Shown here: piece after piece, positions 9,215 to 16,801 of the stretch
Numbering within the stretch: the first letter of the stretch is position 1
How the letters are laid out: every line of letters begins with the position of its first letter
IMG/VR virus record: IMGVR_UViG_3300036760_001400
Source: an uncultured virus (IMG/VR IMGVR_UViG_3300036760_001400)
Lineage: Duplodnaviria > Heunggongvirae > Uroviricota > Caudoviricetes
DNA: 23,886 bases
Strand: one strand, 5' to 3'
Translations under genes and position numbers: made by a program
Notes under the pieces: generated by a model
Database searches by the model: none
Told to the model about the DNA's origin: nothing
The model's input: only the letters and a program-made list of their open reading frames with translations

Positions 9215-9463
9215 ATGTTCAGTCTGTTTTTCAGACCTGTTAAGGCCGGTCAGATGACCGCCTTACCAAACTTCGAACAGGGTAGCGAAGACGAGGCTGT
9301 TTCAAGGGCTATCAGGCTCTCGCATACCTGTTTTGAAGTCATTGTCAATAATCCTGACGGAAAGTGTTTCCTTCGGATCATCAACAAAGAGGTTGTTTAC
9401 CCGGAGAAAGAGAACCTGGTCTCTTATATGTACCAGGTTCTTGTTGGACTCGAGATCGTTTAG
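9215..9463 (+). CDS. Hypothetical protein (82 aa)
   Basis: RBS aggagg directly after the GT2 stop. Confidence 0.7.
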   Translation: MFSLFFRPVKAGQMTALPNFEQGSEDEAVSRAIRLSHTCFEVIVNNPDGKCFLRIINKEVVYPEKENLVSYMYQVLVGLEIV

Positions 9464-9468
9464 TTTTC

Positions 9469-9511
9469 GAAGGTCCGCAAGGGCTAGGGACCCTGCAGGC
9501 CTTCCTTTTTT
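9469..9511 (+). terminator. Putative intrinsic terminator with CTAGG-containing loop
   Basis: gaaggtccgcaaggg-ctaggga-ccctgcaggccttc followed by a T-run. Confidence 0.55.
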
Positions 9512-9526
9512 AGAGAGGATCTTATA

Positions 9527-9748
9527 ATGACTCCCACTGAAGTCGCCGTAGCCAAGGCCAATATGGAAGCGGCCGGTATGGCTCCCATTATCGTGATCTG
9601 CATGGATTGCGGAGTCACGTACGATGTAAAACCGGGCGGAGAACCTTATCCTCCCGAGCTCAGGAAGTCCCATGGATACTGCCCATCTTGTGGTATTCGA
9701 TTCATGGAGCGTTTCGAGATATGTAAGGACACTCATGAGATCAGGTAG
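9527..9748 (+). CDS. Small Zn-finger protein (CxxC...SHGYCxxC)
   Basis: CMDC and SHGYCPSC; RBS gagga. Confidence 0.75.
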   Translation: MTPTEVAVAKANMEAAGMAPIIVICMDCGVTYDVKPGGEPYPPELRKSHGYCPSCGIRFMERFEICKDTHEIR

Positions 9749-9774
9749 GTTTACGAGTCATTAAGGAGAGAGAC

Positions 9775-9840
9775 ATGGGGAAACAGACGGTTTGGATTCT
9801 GGTTGCGCTGATCGTTCCTCACATTTTGATCAGCTTTTAA
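9775..9840 (+). CDS. 21-aa hydrophobic microprotein
   Basis: RBS taaggag then MGKQTVWILVALIVPHILISF*; followed by a 13-bp hairpin at 9857-9885. Confidence 0.45.
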   Translation: MGKQTVWILVALIVPHILISF

Positions 9841-10049
9841 CCTATCATGGCAGGAAGCCGGGGGCCCCCGATGGGGGCCCCCGGCCTTGGCGCAAGAGTG
9901 AGAGGATATTTCTCACCCTTGAGCCAGGAAGAAGGAAACGTGCCAGTAAGTGGATACTCGTTCACCGGGAAACAGGAGTAAAGACTGATCTAATCTTAGA
10001 TAGAGTATCCCTTATAAGGCAAGTGGTATAAGTGCAGGCGGATCAAAGA

Positions 10050-10076
10050 AGTCACTTTAGTCACTTTAGTCACTTT
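10050..10076. repeat. Three perfect tandem copies of AGTCACTTT
   Basis: Direct reading: agtcacttt-agtcacttt-agtcacttt. Confidence 0.9.
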
Positions 10077-10231
10077 GTGATGAGGGAGACTCCTCGCTTA
10101 AGACCCGGCCTCCACCTGCGGTTCCGGCCGGGACGCTCGTCGTCCTTTGTATTAGCGGATCATCGGGCCCTCTAGATTCGCTTGCACTAGAGTGAAAGAG
10201 TGCACGCGGGCTCTAGGGGAAAGTGCTTCGC

Positions 10232-10260
10232 ACGATAGCAAAATCTTCTGGAAAAGTCAA
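10232..10260 (-). promoter_or_regulatory. Sigma70-type promoter, antisense to the gene flow
   Basis: Minus strand TTGACT-17 bp-TATCGT with an extended TG. Confidence 0.55.
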
Positions 10261-10366
10261 GTGTTTGAGGATGTAAAGTGGAGGGTAAGATACGAAAGAT
10301 GTAACTCCATGTGGCTGCGTAGGTTACGTGTTAGCTTGTTATCAAAAGGAACGAAAGGAGGTGCTC

Positions 10367-10702
10367 ATGAAGCACTGCTCACTGTGTAAGGCGGAGATGC
10401 CGGCCGCCGTAGAGTCCGGTATAGGCTATCAGCATGAGGTCCTGTGTGGGACCTGCCTGAAGGCCGTCCAGAGGGTTTGCCCGCATTCCCTGAGAAAGGA
10501 GGATGGAATCACGTGCAGGGACTGTGAGGCGCGTCCTTGGACCTTTGGGAGGGTTGTACGAGGTGTTCTAGGAGGTGTCAAGACGGTATCTGTAGGGTTC
10601 GCCAAGCTATTTGTCATGTACACGATCTCATCGATCATGGGATCAATCGTGACCTTAGGTTTGGCTTACCTGCTGGGCAAGAAGATTGGCTTCCTGCCCT
10701 AG
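10367..10702 (+). CDS. Zn-finger protein with C-terminal membrane segment
   Basis: RBS aaggaggt before ATG 10367; CSLC, CGTC, CPH, CRDC; hydrophobic C-terminus. Confidence 0.75.
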   Translation: MKHCSLCKAEMPAAVESGIGYQHEVLCGTCLKAVQRVCPHSLRKEDGITCRDCEARPWTFGRVVRGVLGGVKTVSVGFAKLFVMYTISSIMGSIVTLGLAYLLGKKIGFLP

Positions 10703-10737
10703 TTTTGAGGATTTAGAGAGATAAGGGGAAGGTTCCC

Positions 10738-11037
10738 ATGGACAAGTCCAAAGAGTACATTGAGCGGTCGGAAGTCATCCTGGGGAAGGTGAAAGAGCTG
10801 GTCAGTGAAGCATGGCCGGCTTTTGGTATCGAAACCATCATTGTTCCCTTTGGTCAGGGCGCCAGGGTCTGCCTGATTCGGGCAATTGGAAGGGGAGTTT
10901 ATCCGATCGCTACGGCCTGCGTGAACGAGTTTAAGTTCTCTACCAAGGACATCGTGCACGGTCTTTGGGGAGTTCTCAAACTTCGAGCGAAGGACGAGGT
11001 CCAGTACCTGAAGAAGGAGTCGAAGCTCAAGAAGTAG
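10738..11037 (+). CDS. Hypothetical protein (99 aa)
   Basis: ATG ORF with purine-rich RBS, co-oriented. Confidence 0.7.
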   Translation: MDKSKEYIERSEVILGKVKELVSEAWPAFGIETIIVPFGQGARVCLIRAIGRGVYPIATACVNEFKFSTKDIVHGLWGVLKLRAKDEVQYLKKESKLKK

Positions 11038-11097
11038 CATTGTAGTTTCTGTCCTGGTAGTCGTCTTGACACATCTGTAGGCCGCTTATCTCCTATA

Positions 11098-11517
11098 TCG
11101 CTCCTGGGGTGATAGCCGACTGTCATCCCCAGGCGAGTAGTGTGAGAGCAGATGTAGATAGGCAGGGTGGATGGAACGTTCACTCGATGCTGAAGTCTCC
11201 ACGGCTTCTGGCGTTCCTTAGGCCCCTGGTTAACACCAGGGGCAACGGAAGTTGCAGGACAGATTGGAGTTTATTCCCGTCTTGGCGTTCTTCTGGATCG
11301 ATGTACTCGATGACCTGACAAGACCAGCGTCATTAGATGCGTCGGCTTGAAGATCCGGGCGGAACGCTCGGGTGAAGAGCAGTTTCTGTTGTTCCTGATG
11401 TAGGTCCTAAGGATCCTGGCGTACGGCTGCGGCCTACCGCCAGGATCCACCGGACCATCGGCAAGACGGGCCTTGTGGGCCCTAGGGCAGGGATAGCCTG
11501 CCCTAGGGCCCTTTTTT
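11098..11517 (+). ncRNA. Candidate structured ncRNA (~400 nt) ending in an intrinsic terminator
   Basis: TTGACA at 11066-11071 upstream; stems at 11103-11133, 11165-11185, 11222-11243, 11242-11255 (GGAA loop), 11355-11371, 11403-11456; G-U pairs favour the plus strand; terminator 11477-11517; no RBS-led ORF. Confidence 0.55.
11477..11517 (+). terminator. Intrinsic terminator
   Basis: 15-bp stem gggccctagggcagg/cctgccctagggccc followed by tttttt. Confidence 0.8.
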
Positions 11518-11544
11518 ATTAACCAAAATCCCTGAAAGGTTTCC

Positions 11545-11709
11545 ATGAATTGTGATCACGTGAGAGAGGTGGTCAAGGGTAGTCGTTCCCTTTCCCAGCA
11601 TGAAGAAATGCCTTATCTCAGACATCTTCGTGCATGCGGAAAGTGCAGGGTCGAGATAGGTTCGGAAGAACGTAGAAAGGCCATCGAGACGGTAGTGCTC
11701 GAGGACTAG
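11545..11709 (+). CDS. Stand-alone zf-HC2 (ZAS anti-sigma-type) zinc-finger protein, 54 aa
   Basis: RBS gaaaggt; MNCDHVREVVKG...YLRHLRACGKCRVEI, i.e. N-terminal Cys plus HxxxCxxC; below the ORF-track cutoff. Confidence 0.7.
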   Translation: MNCDHVREVVKGSRSLSQHEEMPYLRHLRACGKCRVEIGSEERRKAIETVVLED

Positions 11710-11752
11710 ATAAACCCCAAACCGACCTACCAGGATCGGAGAAAGGAGATTC

Positions 11753-12475
11753 ATGCCGTTTATCACGCGGCCTGTCAGGATGAGCAGGGAAAAGGTTCCT
11801 CGGTTTGACAGGGCATCTGTCCCGTTTTCGGCTGAAAACGAGAAGTACACCCTCCATGTTCTTGAGAATCCACCTGCCTCGGTAACCGTTGTTTTCAAGC
11901 AGAAACTCAAGACTCAACGTGGGGGTTGGTCAAAGAAGCCACCTATGATCTTTAGGTACAAGATAAAGGTGCCCTGGTGCTACTTCTTGATGAGGCAAAA
12001 CAGGTCCGGAGCCATCACGGACACGTTTCTGTTCTTTGCGGAAGACAAGCTGAAGGATACTCGGGGACGTGTATTCTTGCCCCCGCTTCCAAACATCTAC
12101 CCTTCAGGCCATATCTGTAACGGGACGATCAAGGTCAATTTCGACGATCCTCCGCATATCAAGATCGCCGAAGCATTTAGAGCCTTCTGGTCTACCCCGT
12201 TCACGGAAGAGACGTGGCCTGAAGACCGTGGTCTCCTCCCGGCTTGCTTCAATGAGGAAGAGGGGCACGCATACGTTATCGAGTACGGGTACCTGAAGTA
12301 TGTCTTTTCGTACTGGGAGGTCCATGATGAGAACCATGAGGGGTGTTCCGGCAACATCTGGAGGTCATTCAGGCCCCGCTCAAAAGGCGGTCATTATGGA
12401 GGGTATTTGACCTGCCTTCAGCAGGTCATGGATTACGCGCTTGCGTTCAATGTCTTTGATCATGTCCAGACTTAA
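11753..12475 (+). CDS. Prokaryotic E2-like protein (Prok-E2_D / PRTRC protein B-like), copy 1
   Basis: LPPLPNIYPSGHICNG...AFWSTPF motif with the putative catalytic Cys; precedes JAB-E1-Ubl. Confidence 0.75.
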   Translation: MPFITRPVRMSREKVPRFDRASVPFSAENEKYTLHVLENPPASVTVVFKQKLKTQRGGWSKKPPMIFRYKIKVPWCYFLMRQNRSGAITDTFLFFAEDKLKDTRGRVFLPPLPNIYPSGHICNGTIKVNFDDPPHIKIAEAFRAFWSTPFTEETWPEDRGLLPACFNEEEGHAYVIEYGYLKYVFSYWEVHDENHEGCSGNIWRSFRPRSKGGHYGGYLTCLQQVMDYALAFNVFDHVQT

Positions 12476-12488
12476 TAGGAGGTGACTT

Positions 12489-13715
12489 TTGTCGGAAGAC
12501 AAGAACAAGGGCAAGGAGAAGGAGAAGCGTCCTGTCGAGTGCTCTATTGAGTACATTACGGGGCGGGAGGGCTACTACGTCAGGAAGAGTAACCCTCTCT
12601 TTACGGCCGTCGTCAGGGTTGGAACCAATCCTGAAATGGATCCGGTAACCGAGGAACTGACGTATCATGGGAAGAAGATTCCCGGGAACGTTTTCCGTCA
12701 GTGGCTTACCTTTGGAAGGGAGGTGGCTGCGAAGGCCAAGGGAAACTCGGAAGCCGGACTGATCCTCTTCTACCACCCCACAGAATGCACGTGGGGGGCA
12801 TTCCCACCGAAGCAGGATCTCTCGAGTGTGTCGGTTGACTTCACCGGAGTCACTGACTGCATCGGGAAGTTCCGCGAGGAGCACGGAAAAGAATGGCTCA
12901 TGGCAGGTACTCTGCATACCCACCCTGGGGATGCCGGCCCGTCTAGCATCGATGTGGATGATGAAAAGAAGCTCGATGGCATCCATCTCATCGTCCCTGA
13001 CTTTGGACGCGGAGCTGATCGAGGCATCAATTGCCATATCGTGTGCTCCGGAGAGCGTTTTGTGGTCAAGAAACCGGTCGGGTTCTTGATCGATTGGGAT
13101 TCAGAAGAGGGGAAAGCCTCTATTGAAGTTCCCGATTCGTGGCTTACCCAGGTGAAGTTTGGACGGCCTTCCTCGAAGGCCTTTGGTTATTCGGGTGAAG
13201 GGTACTCTTCCGGCTATTACGGCGGCCACAGTGGGTACGGTAACTCGGAGCATATCTTCAAGGGCCAGGGGCCCAAGATGCACAAGGCTACTGTAAACGG
13301 GGTTGATATAAACCTCGTTGGCGAGATCTTCGAGGTACGCGAGATCAAGGCCGTCCTTAAGCGTCTTGGGTTCACAAATGGTCAGAGGAAGTTCCTCCTG
13401 TCCAACTTCGAGGACGATATGGAGGATATTTTGATCGCCTTTGATAAGGCGCGTGAAGCGCTCAAGTTCTCGAAGGAGATCTGCGGTACGGTATCCGATC
13501 ACGAGCACGGCGAGATCGTTGAGAAGATCGCTGATGCAACCACTCAAATCCTCGAGAGCCTGGTGACCATTGCCGAGCGGATGCTTGAGAGTGCTGGCAA
13601 GGGAAGCGGGGTGGATGACGGAGTCAAGGAAGATGCGGGAGAGGAGGACATAAAAGAGGAGTCGCCTTCGATCGAGAAGTCTGTGGGTGAGTTTGATCAC
13701 AGGGATATTTCTTAG
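12489..13715 (+). CDS. JAB/MPN+ metallopeptidase (PRTRC protein A-like), copy 1, with C-terminal extension
   Basis: NSEAG Glu plus GTLHTHPGDAGPSSIDVDDE (HxH-x7-S-x2-D); TTG start with RBS aggaggt. Confidence 0.85.
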   Translation: MSEDKNKGKEKEKRPVECSIEYITGREGYYVRKSNPLFTAVVRVGTNPEMDPVTEELTYHGKKIPGNVFRQWLTFGREVAAKAKGNSEAGLILFYHPTECTWGAFPPKQDLSSVSVDFTGVTDCIGKFREEHGKEWLMAGTLHTHPGDAGPSSIDVDDEKKLDGIHLIVPDFGRGADRGINCHIVCSGERFVVKKPVGFLIDWDSEEGKASIEVPDSWLTQVKFGRPSSKAFGYSGEGYSSGYYGGHSGYGNSEHIFKGQGPKMHKATVNGVDINLVGEIFEVREIKAVLKRLGFTNGQRKFLLSNFEDDMEDILIAFDKAREALKFSKEICGTVSDHEHGEIVEKIADATTQILESLVTIAERMLESAGKGSGVDDGVKEDAGEEDIKEESPSIEKSVGEFDHRDIS

Positions 13716-13723
13716 GAGAAGCC

Positions 13724-14680
13724 GTGGAGGAAAATGCTGTCGTTGTCGCCATCGATCCGGTTACCGGGTTTCAGCCTGTACGGGTGATCCTGGTAGGTCT
13801 TGGAGGGATCGGCTCCAAGCTCGCGGATGAGCTTGCCCGGTACATGTCGTATACGTCGAAAGCTCCCAAGGAGCTCCTTCTCATCGATGGAGACGTGTAC
13901 TCCCAGGGGAACCTCGAACGCCAGAGCATCCTGGAAAGTGACGTGGGCAAGTCCAAGGCTCAGGCGTGGGCCGATGGCCTTGCGGCCGAGTTTCACAACC
14001 TGTCGGTTTCCGCCATGTGTGGCTACGTTGGAAAGGAGGGGACTAAGAAGGACAATGTCGTTCCAATCGACAAGATCTCTCTCGAAGGTTCGATTGTGAT
14101 CCTGGGTGTCGATAACCACAAGACCCGGAACCTGTTCTACCTCTGGTGCCTTGTACACGTGCCCAGTGTGTACCTGATTTCCGGAGGGAACAACAAGTTC
14201 GATGGGTCGGTCATCAACCTGTGGAAGAACAATGGAAACAGGTTGATCGACGGCTTCGCTTTTCATCCTGAGATTTTGAATCCTCAGGATAAGAATCCCG
14301 CGGATCTTTCATGCGCGGAGCTTGCGAAGATCGATGGTGGTACCCAGGTCATCTGGGCCAACGGAATGGCTGCAACAGTGATTGGCAACGAAGTCCACTC
14401 GATTGTGACGGGCGAGTGGGACAAGCTCCGCAAGAGGGGCGAAGTCTACTTCGATATCCTCGAGAACGTTTCTGTTTCCCGTCAGAGACTCGTTACCGGA
14501 AAGGAGGTCACGGAACCGCAGGTAACGAAGGTAGTGGAGAAACCGAAGGTTACGGTGAAGAGAGTGGTCAGGAAGACCAAGGGTAAGAAACCTGTCTCCG
14601 CAGAGCTCAAAGTCGTCGACGAGCGGGGATCGGAATCCAACGAAACCCTGCAGATCTATCCTGCCGGCTCCAGCCAGTAG
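13724..14680 (+). CDS. ThiF/E1-like ubiquitin-activating enzyme, copy 1
   Basis: LVGLGGIGS, LIDGD, NLERQ, DVGKSKA, GVDNHKTR, ISGGN, putative catalytic Cys in DLSCAELA; Lys-rich tail. Confidence 0.9.
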   Translation: MEENAVVVAIDPVTGFQPVRVILVGLGGIGSKLADELARYMSYTSKAPKELLLIDGDVYSQGNLERQSILESDVGKSKAQAWADGLAAEFHNLSVSAMCGYVGKEGTKKDNVVPIDKISLEGSIVILGVDNHKTRNLFYLWCLVHVPSVYLISGGNNKFDGSVINLWKNNGNRLIDGFAFHPEILNPQDKNPADLSCAELAKIDGGTQVIWANGMAATVIGNEVHSIVTGEWDKLRKRGEVYFDILENVSVSRQRLVTGKEVTEPQVTKVVEKPKVTVKRVVRKTKGKKPVSAELKVVDERGSESNETLQIYPAGSSQ

Positions 14681-14764
14681 CCCGAGAAGTGGGAAGTACC
14701 TTTAGCGTGTCCCAAGCGTGTCTGTTTTCTGTTTCACTTTTTTATTCCTTTGAAGGGGGTTCCA

Positions 14765-14942
14765 ATGGTCAAGGTCATGTGCGGCATCAATGCGTACCCG
14801 ACGACGAAGGTCATCGGGATGAAGGTCTCCGACATCAGGAAGAACTTCAAGGATGTGCTGAACATCCCCGCTGATGCCAAGAGCCTCCTGAACGGCCAGC
14901 CCGTGAAGGACGATACGATCGTGCCGGACGGGAGCGAGCTGG
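14765..14942 (+). CDS. Ubiquitin-like (beta-grasp) protein Ubl-1, exon 1
   Basis: MVKVMCG...IGMKVSDIRKNFKDVLNIPADAKSLLNGQPVKDDTIVPDGSEL; follows E1; aligns with Ubl-2. Confidence 0.8.
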
Positions 14943-15536
14943 TCGCGCCACGAGCATAAGAAATTATGCGCAACTACACGAAGGATGAGGGTGGGCCCCT
15001 CGGAGCCATTCTGCAGGGAAAGGCTTCAAGCCACCGTACGCGGCTTTGGTCAAAAGCCACGGTCGTGAGCAGTGCGGGAAAAGGCTTAGGAATAAGTCAG
15101 GCGAGGATCAAGAAGATGAGCGAAAGCAAACCATGGGTGACGCGTCGATAGCTCAAGATGACATCAGAACCAGGGTTGCCAGCTATCTCTGGGATGAGCT
15201 CGGAAGAAACCTGTTTACTGTCCGAGTGATGTCCGGCGTATACGTGGCATGAGCTTGATCTAGGCCTTCGTGTGGAACGTGGGAATCTGTCGCGTGGTGC
15301 CAAGAGAAAACCCTATAAGCGATCATTCGCAAAAGGGGAAAGTATCGATACATGCGACAGACTCGCATCATCTCATAGTAGCGTTGAAGCTCTTGTAATG
15401 AGAGTGGAGCCAAGGAGATGACTTAGTCAAGTGAAGGTACGGTTTCTATACTTGACTGGGACGAGCCGTATGAGTCGAGAGACTCGCGTACGGATCTGTG
15501 AGAGGATTGAGGTGAAATTCCTCTTTCCTACTCGGC
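14943..15536 (+). mobile_element. ORF-less group II intron (IIB, resembles bacterial class D), 594 nt
   Basis: DV gAGCcgtatgagtc-GAGA-gactc-gc-gtacggatc 15463-15496; DVI with bulged A15530 seven nt from the end; DI closing stem ccacg 14948-14952 / cgtgg 15278-15282; EBS1 ccagct 15179-15184 pairs with IBS1 agctgg 14937-14942; DII 15286-15361; DIII agtagcgttgaagctctt-gtaa-tgagagtggagc; DIV reduced to hairpin 15425-15457. Confidence 0.92.
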
Positions 15537-15571
15537 AATTCGTGAAAGAAACTGGGGAAAAGGGTTGCTAG
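15537..15571 (+). CDS. Ubl-1 exon 2 (E-F-V-K-E-T-G-E-K-G-C-stop)
   Basis: Joining 14942 to 15537 gives CTG GAA TTC GTG AAA GAA ACT GGG GAA AAG GGT TGC TAG, matching LEFIRPPGTKG of Ubl-2; spliced protein is 70 aa. Confidence 0.85.
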
Positions 15572-15607
15572 TACCAGTTGTTCAGTGACTTGCATGATGT
15601 TGTGTAG

Positions 15608-16591
15608 TCATTGAATTGTCCGTGGGTCCCGTGGGTTGAGAAACTCACGGGACCCACTCTTTGGAACGTATTTTAATGACATGTGTTTTTTCAAATTACA
15701 TGGACTACAGATCAAACGCAGGTTGCTAAGTTGGTTTATTTTTACGATCTCTTCCAACGTGTTGGCTATGTGCTGAGGAACAATGTGATCTACATGTGAG
15801 TTCTCAACGTTTAAGATAATACCATTGCAACTGGACTGTTCCAGGCACGGTTTGTTTAAGAATGAGCTTAGGTGTAAATAAGCCTCTTCTTTGGAATATC
15901 CAAGAAGCTTAAAGGTAGGCCCCCCTATCTTGCCAAGCTCTTTTCTTCTGAGTGCCCTCCAGATCGCTCCTCTTATTCTGCCTGGAAGTAACTGGACTTC
16001 TCTGAACTCTATTCTGAGCTCCTTCTTAATACATCCACACGACTTGGTCAGTTCCCGTAGCACGCTATGAAGGAAGACAGTCTTTCTATTCCCACAGTCG
16101 CATAGACATTCAACAAACCGCCTTTTTCCTACATGGACTTCCTTCTCGAGAGTCAGCCGGCCGAACTTTGTTCCTTGGACGAACTCCTTCTCAGTTGGCC
16201 TCCCGGAATTCTCTTTTCTAGTACACCCACATGAAGTCGTGTTCTTACGCTTAAGGGAGTTAAGGGTAGTCGTGATAAGCCTTCCGCAGTCACACTGGCA
16301 TTCGAAGGCTCTTCTTCCATACTTAGGATCCGCTTCTCTCAAGATCATGAGCTTTGAGAATTTCATTCCCTCGTGAATAAGATCACGTCTCTTAGCGGCT
16401 GCACTTTTCCATGAGCATCCGCACGACCTAGTCTTTCCCTCTCTAAGATCGCTTAAGCCAGATATGGTCGTATTTCCGCATTCACATAGACACTCGAACA
16501 TCCTTCTTCCTGGCGCTCTTTGGTCTACTTCCTTAACTATCTTCAGTTTTCCGAAAGGCTCTCCAGGAAATATCTCGAGTCTAGCAGGCAC
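15608..16591 (-). CDS. Free-standing HNH homing-endonuclease-like protein with three N-terminal Cys-rich repeats
   Basis: Three repeats of G.xF.+L...CxCxCG...SCGC and C-terminal HVDHIVP...NLRLICSPCNLKK; AT-richer than flanks, opposite strand. Confidence 0.88.
   Translation of the reverse strand: MPARLEIFPGEPFGKLKIVKEVDQRAPGRRMFECLCECGNTTISGLSDLREGKTRSCGCSWKSAAAKRRDLIHEGMKFSKLMILREADPKYGRRAFECQCDCGRLITTTLNSLKRKNTTSCGCTRKENSGRPTEKEFVQGTKFGRLTLEKEVHVGKRRFVECLCDCGNRKTVFLHSVLRELTKSCGCIKKELRIEFREVQLLPGRIRGAIWRALRRKELGKIGGPTFKLLGYSKEEAYLHLSSFLNKPCLEQSSCNGIILNVENSHVDHIVPQHIANTLEEIVKINQLSNLRLICSPCNLKKHMSLKYVPKSGSREFLNPRDPRTIQ
15622..15662 (+). terminator. Hairpin terminator of Ubl cassette 1, overlapping the HNH 3' end
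   Basis: 16-bp stem gtgggtcccgtgggtt-GAGA-aactcacgggacccac followed by tcttt. Confidence 0.6.
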
Positions 16592-16605
16592 GTTCTCATT
16601 CTTAT

Positions 16606-16725
16606 AAAAACAGCCCCAAGCCGGGTGCCCAGAGACCGCCTCGGTGAGAGACGGTCATCCTTCCCGACTCGGGGCTTTTAACGCTTTCTTAGACTTCCAT
16701 GGCGTCTGGGCAAGATCGTCATGGC
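16606..16725 (-). promoter_or_regulatory. Structured leader / attenuator or small RNA upstream of the HNH gene
   Basis: On the minus strand: 14-bp outer stem (16676-16663 / 16625-16612) and 9-bp inner stem (16656-16634) followed by gttttt; G-U pairs work only on the minus strand. Confidence 0.55.
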
Positions 16726-16731
16726 TAAGGA

Positions 16732-16760
16732 AGTATATCCTCTCTTGCATCCAATGTCAA
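16732..16760 (-). promoter_or_regulatory. Near-consensus sigma70 promoter for the HNH leader
   Basis: Minus strand TTGACA-17 bp-TATACT. Confidence 0.75.
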
Positions 16761-16801
16761 ATGTATTTCACAATGCAACTATAGAAAGGAGGCTCAGTTC
16801 C

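Noticed and set aside
10050..10076. Tandem repeat as a CRISPR array
   Set aside because: 9-bp units with no spacers, and no cas genes in the window
11098..11517. tRNA, tmRNA, RNase P or SRP identity for the structured tract
   Set aside because: No T-arm GTTCRA/CCA end, no GAGGAAAGTCC and no SRP loop motif found by eye
13724..14680. ThiF/ThiS or MoeB/MoaD cofactor biosynthesis
   Set aside because: No thiamine or molybdopterin genes nearby, the E1s lack the MoeB CxxC Zn motifs, and E2-like and JAB partners are present
14750..15413. Track ORFs 14750-14959 (as a complete gene), 14966-15151, 15046-15252, 15097-15303 and 15183-15413
   Set aside because: The first is the unspliced exon 1 read-through; the rest fall inside the intron RNA structure
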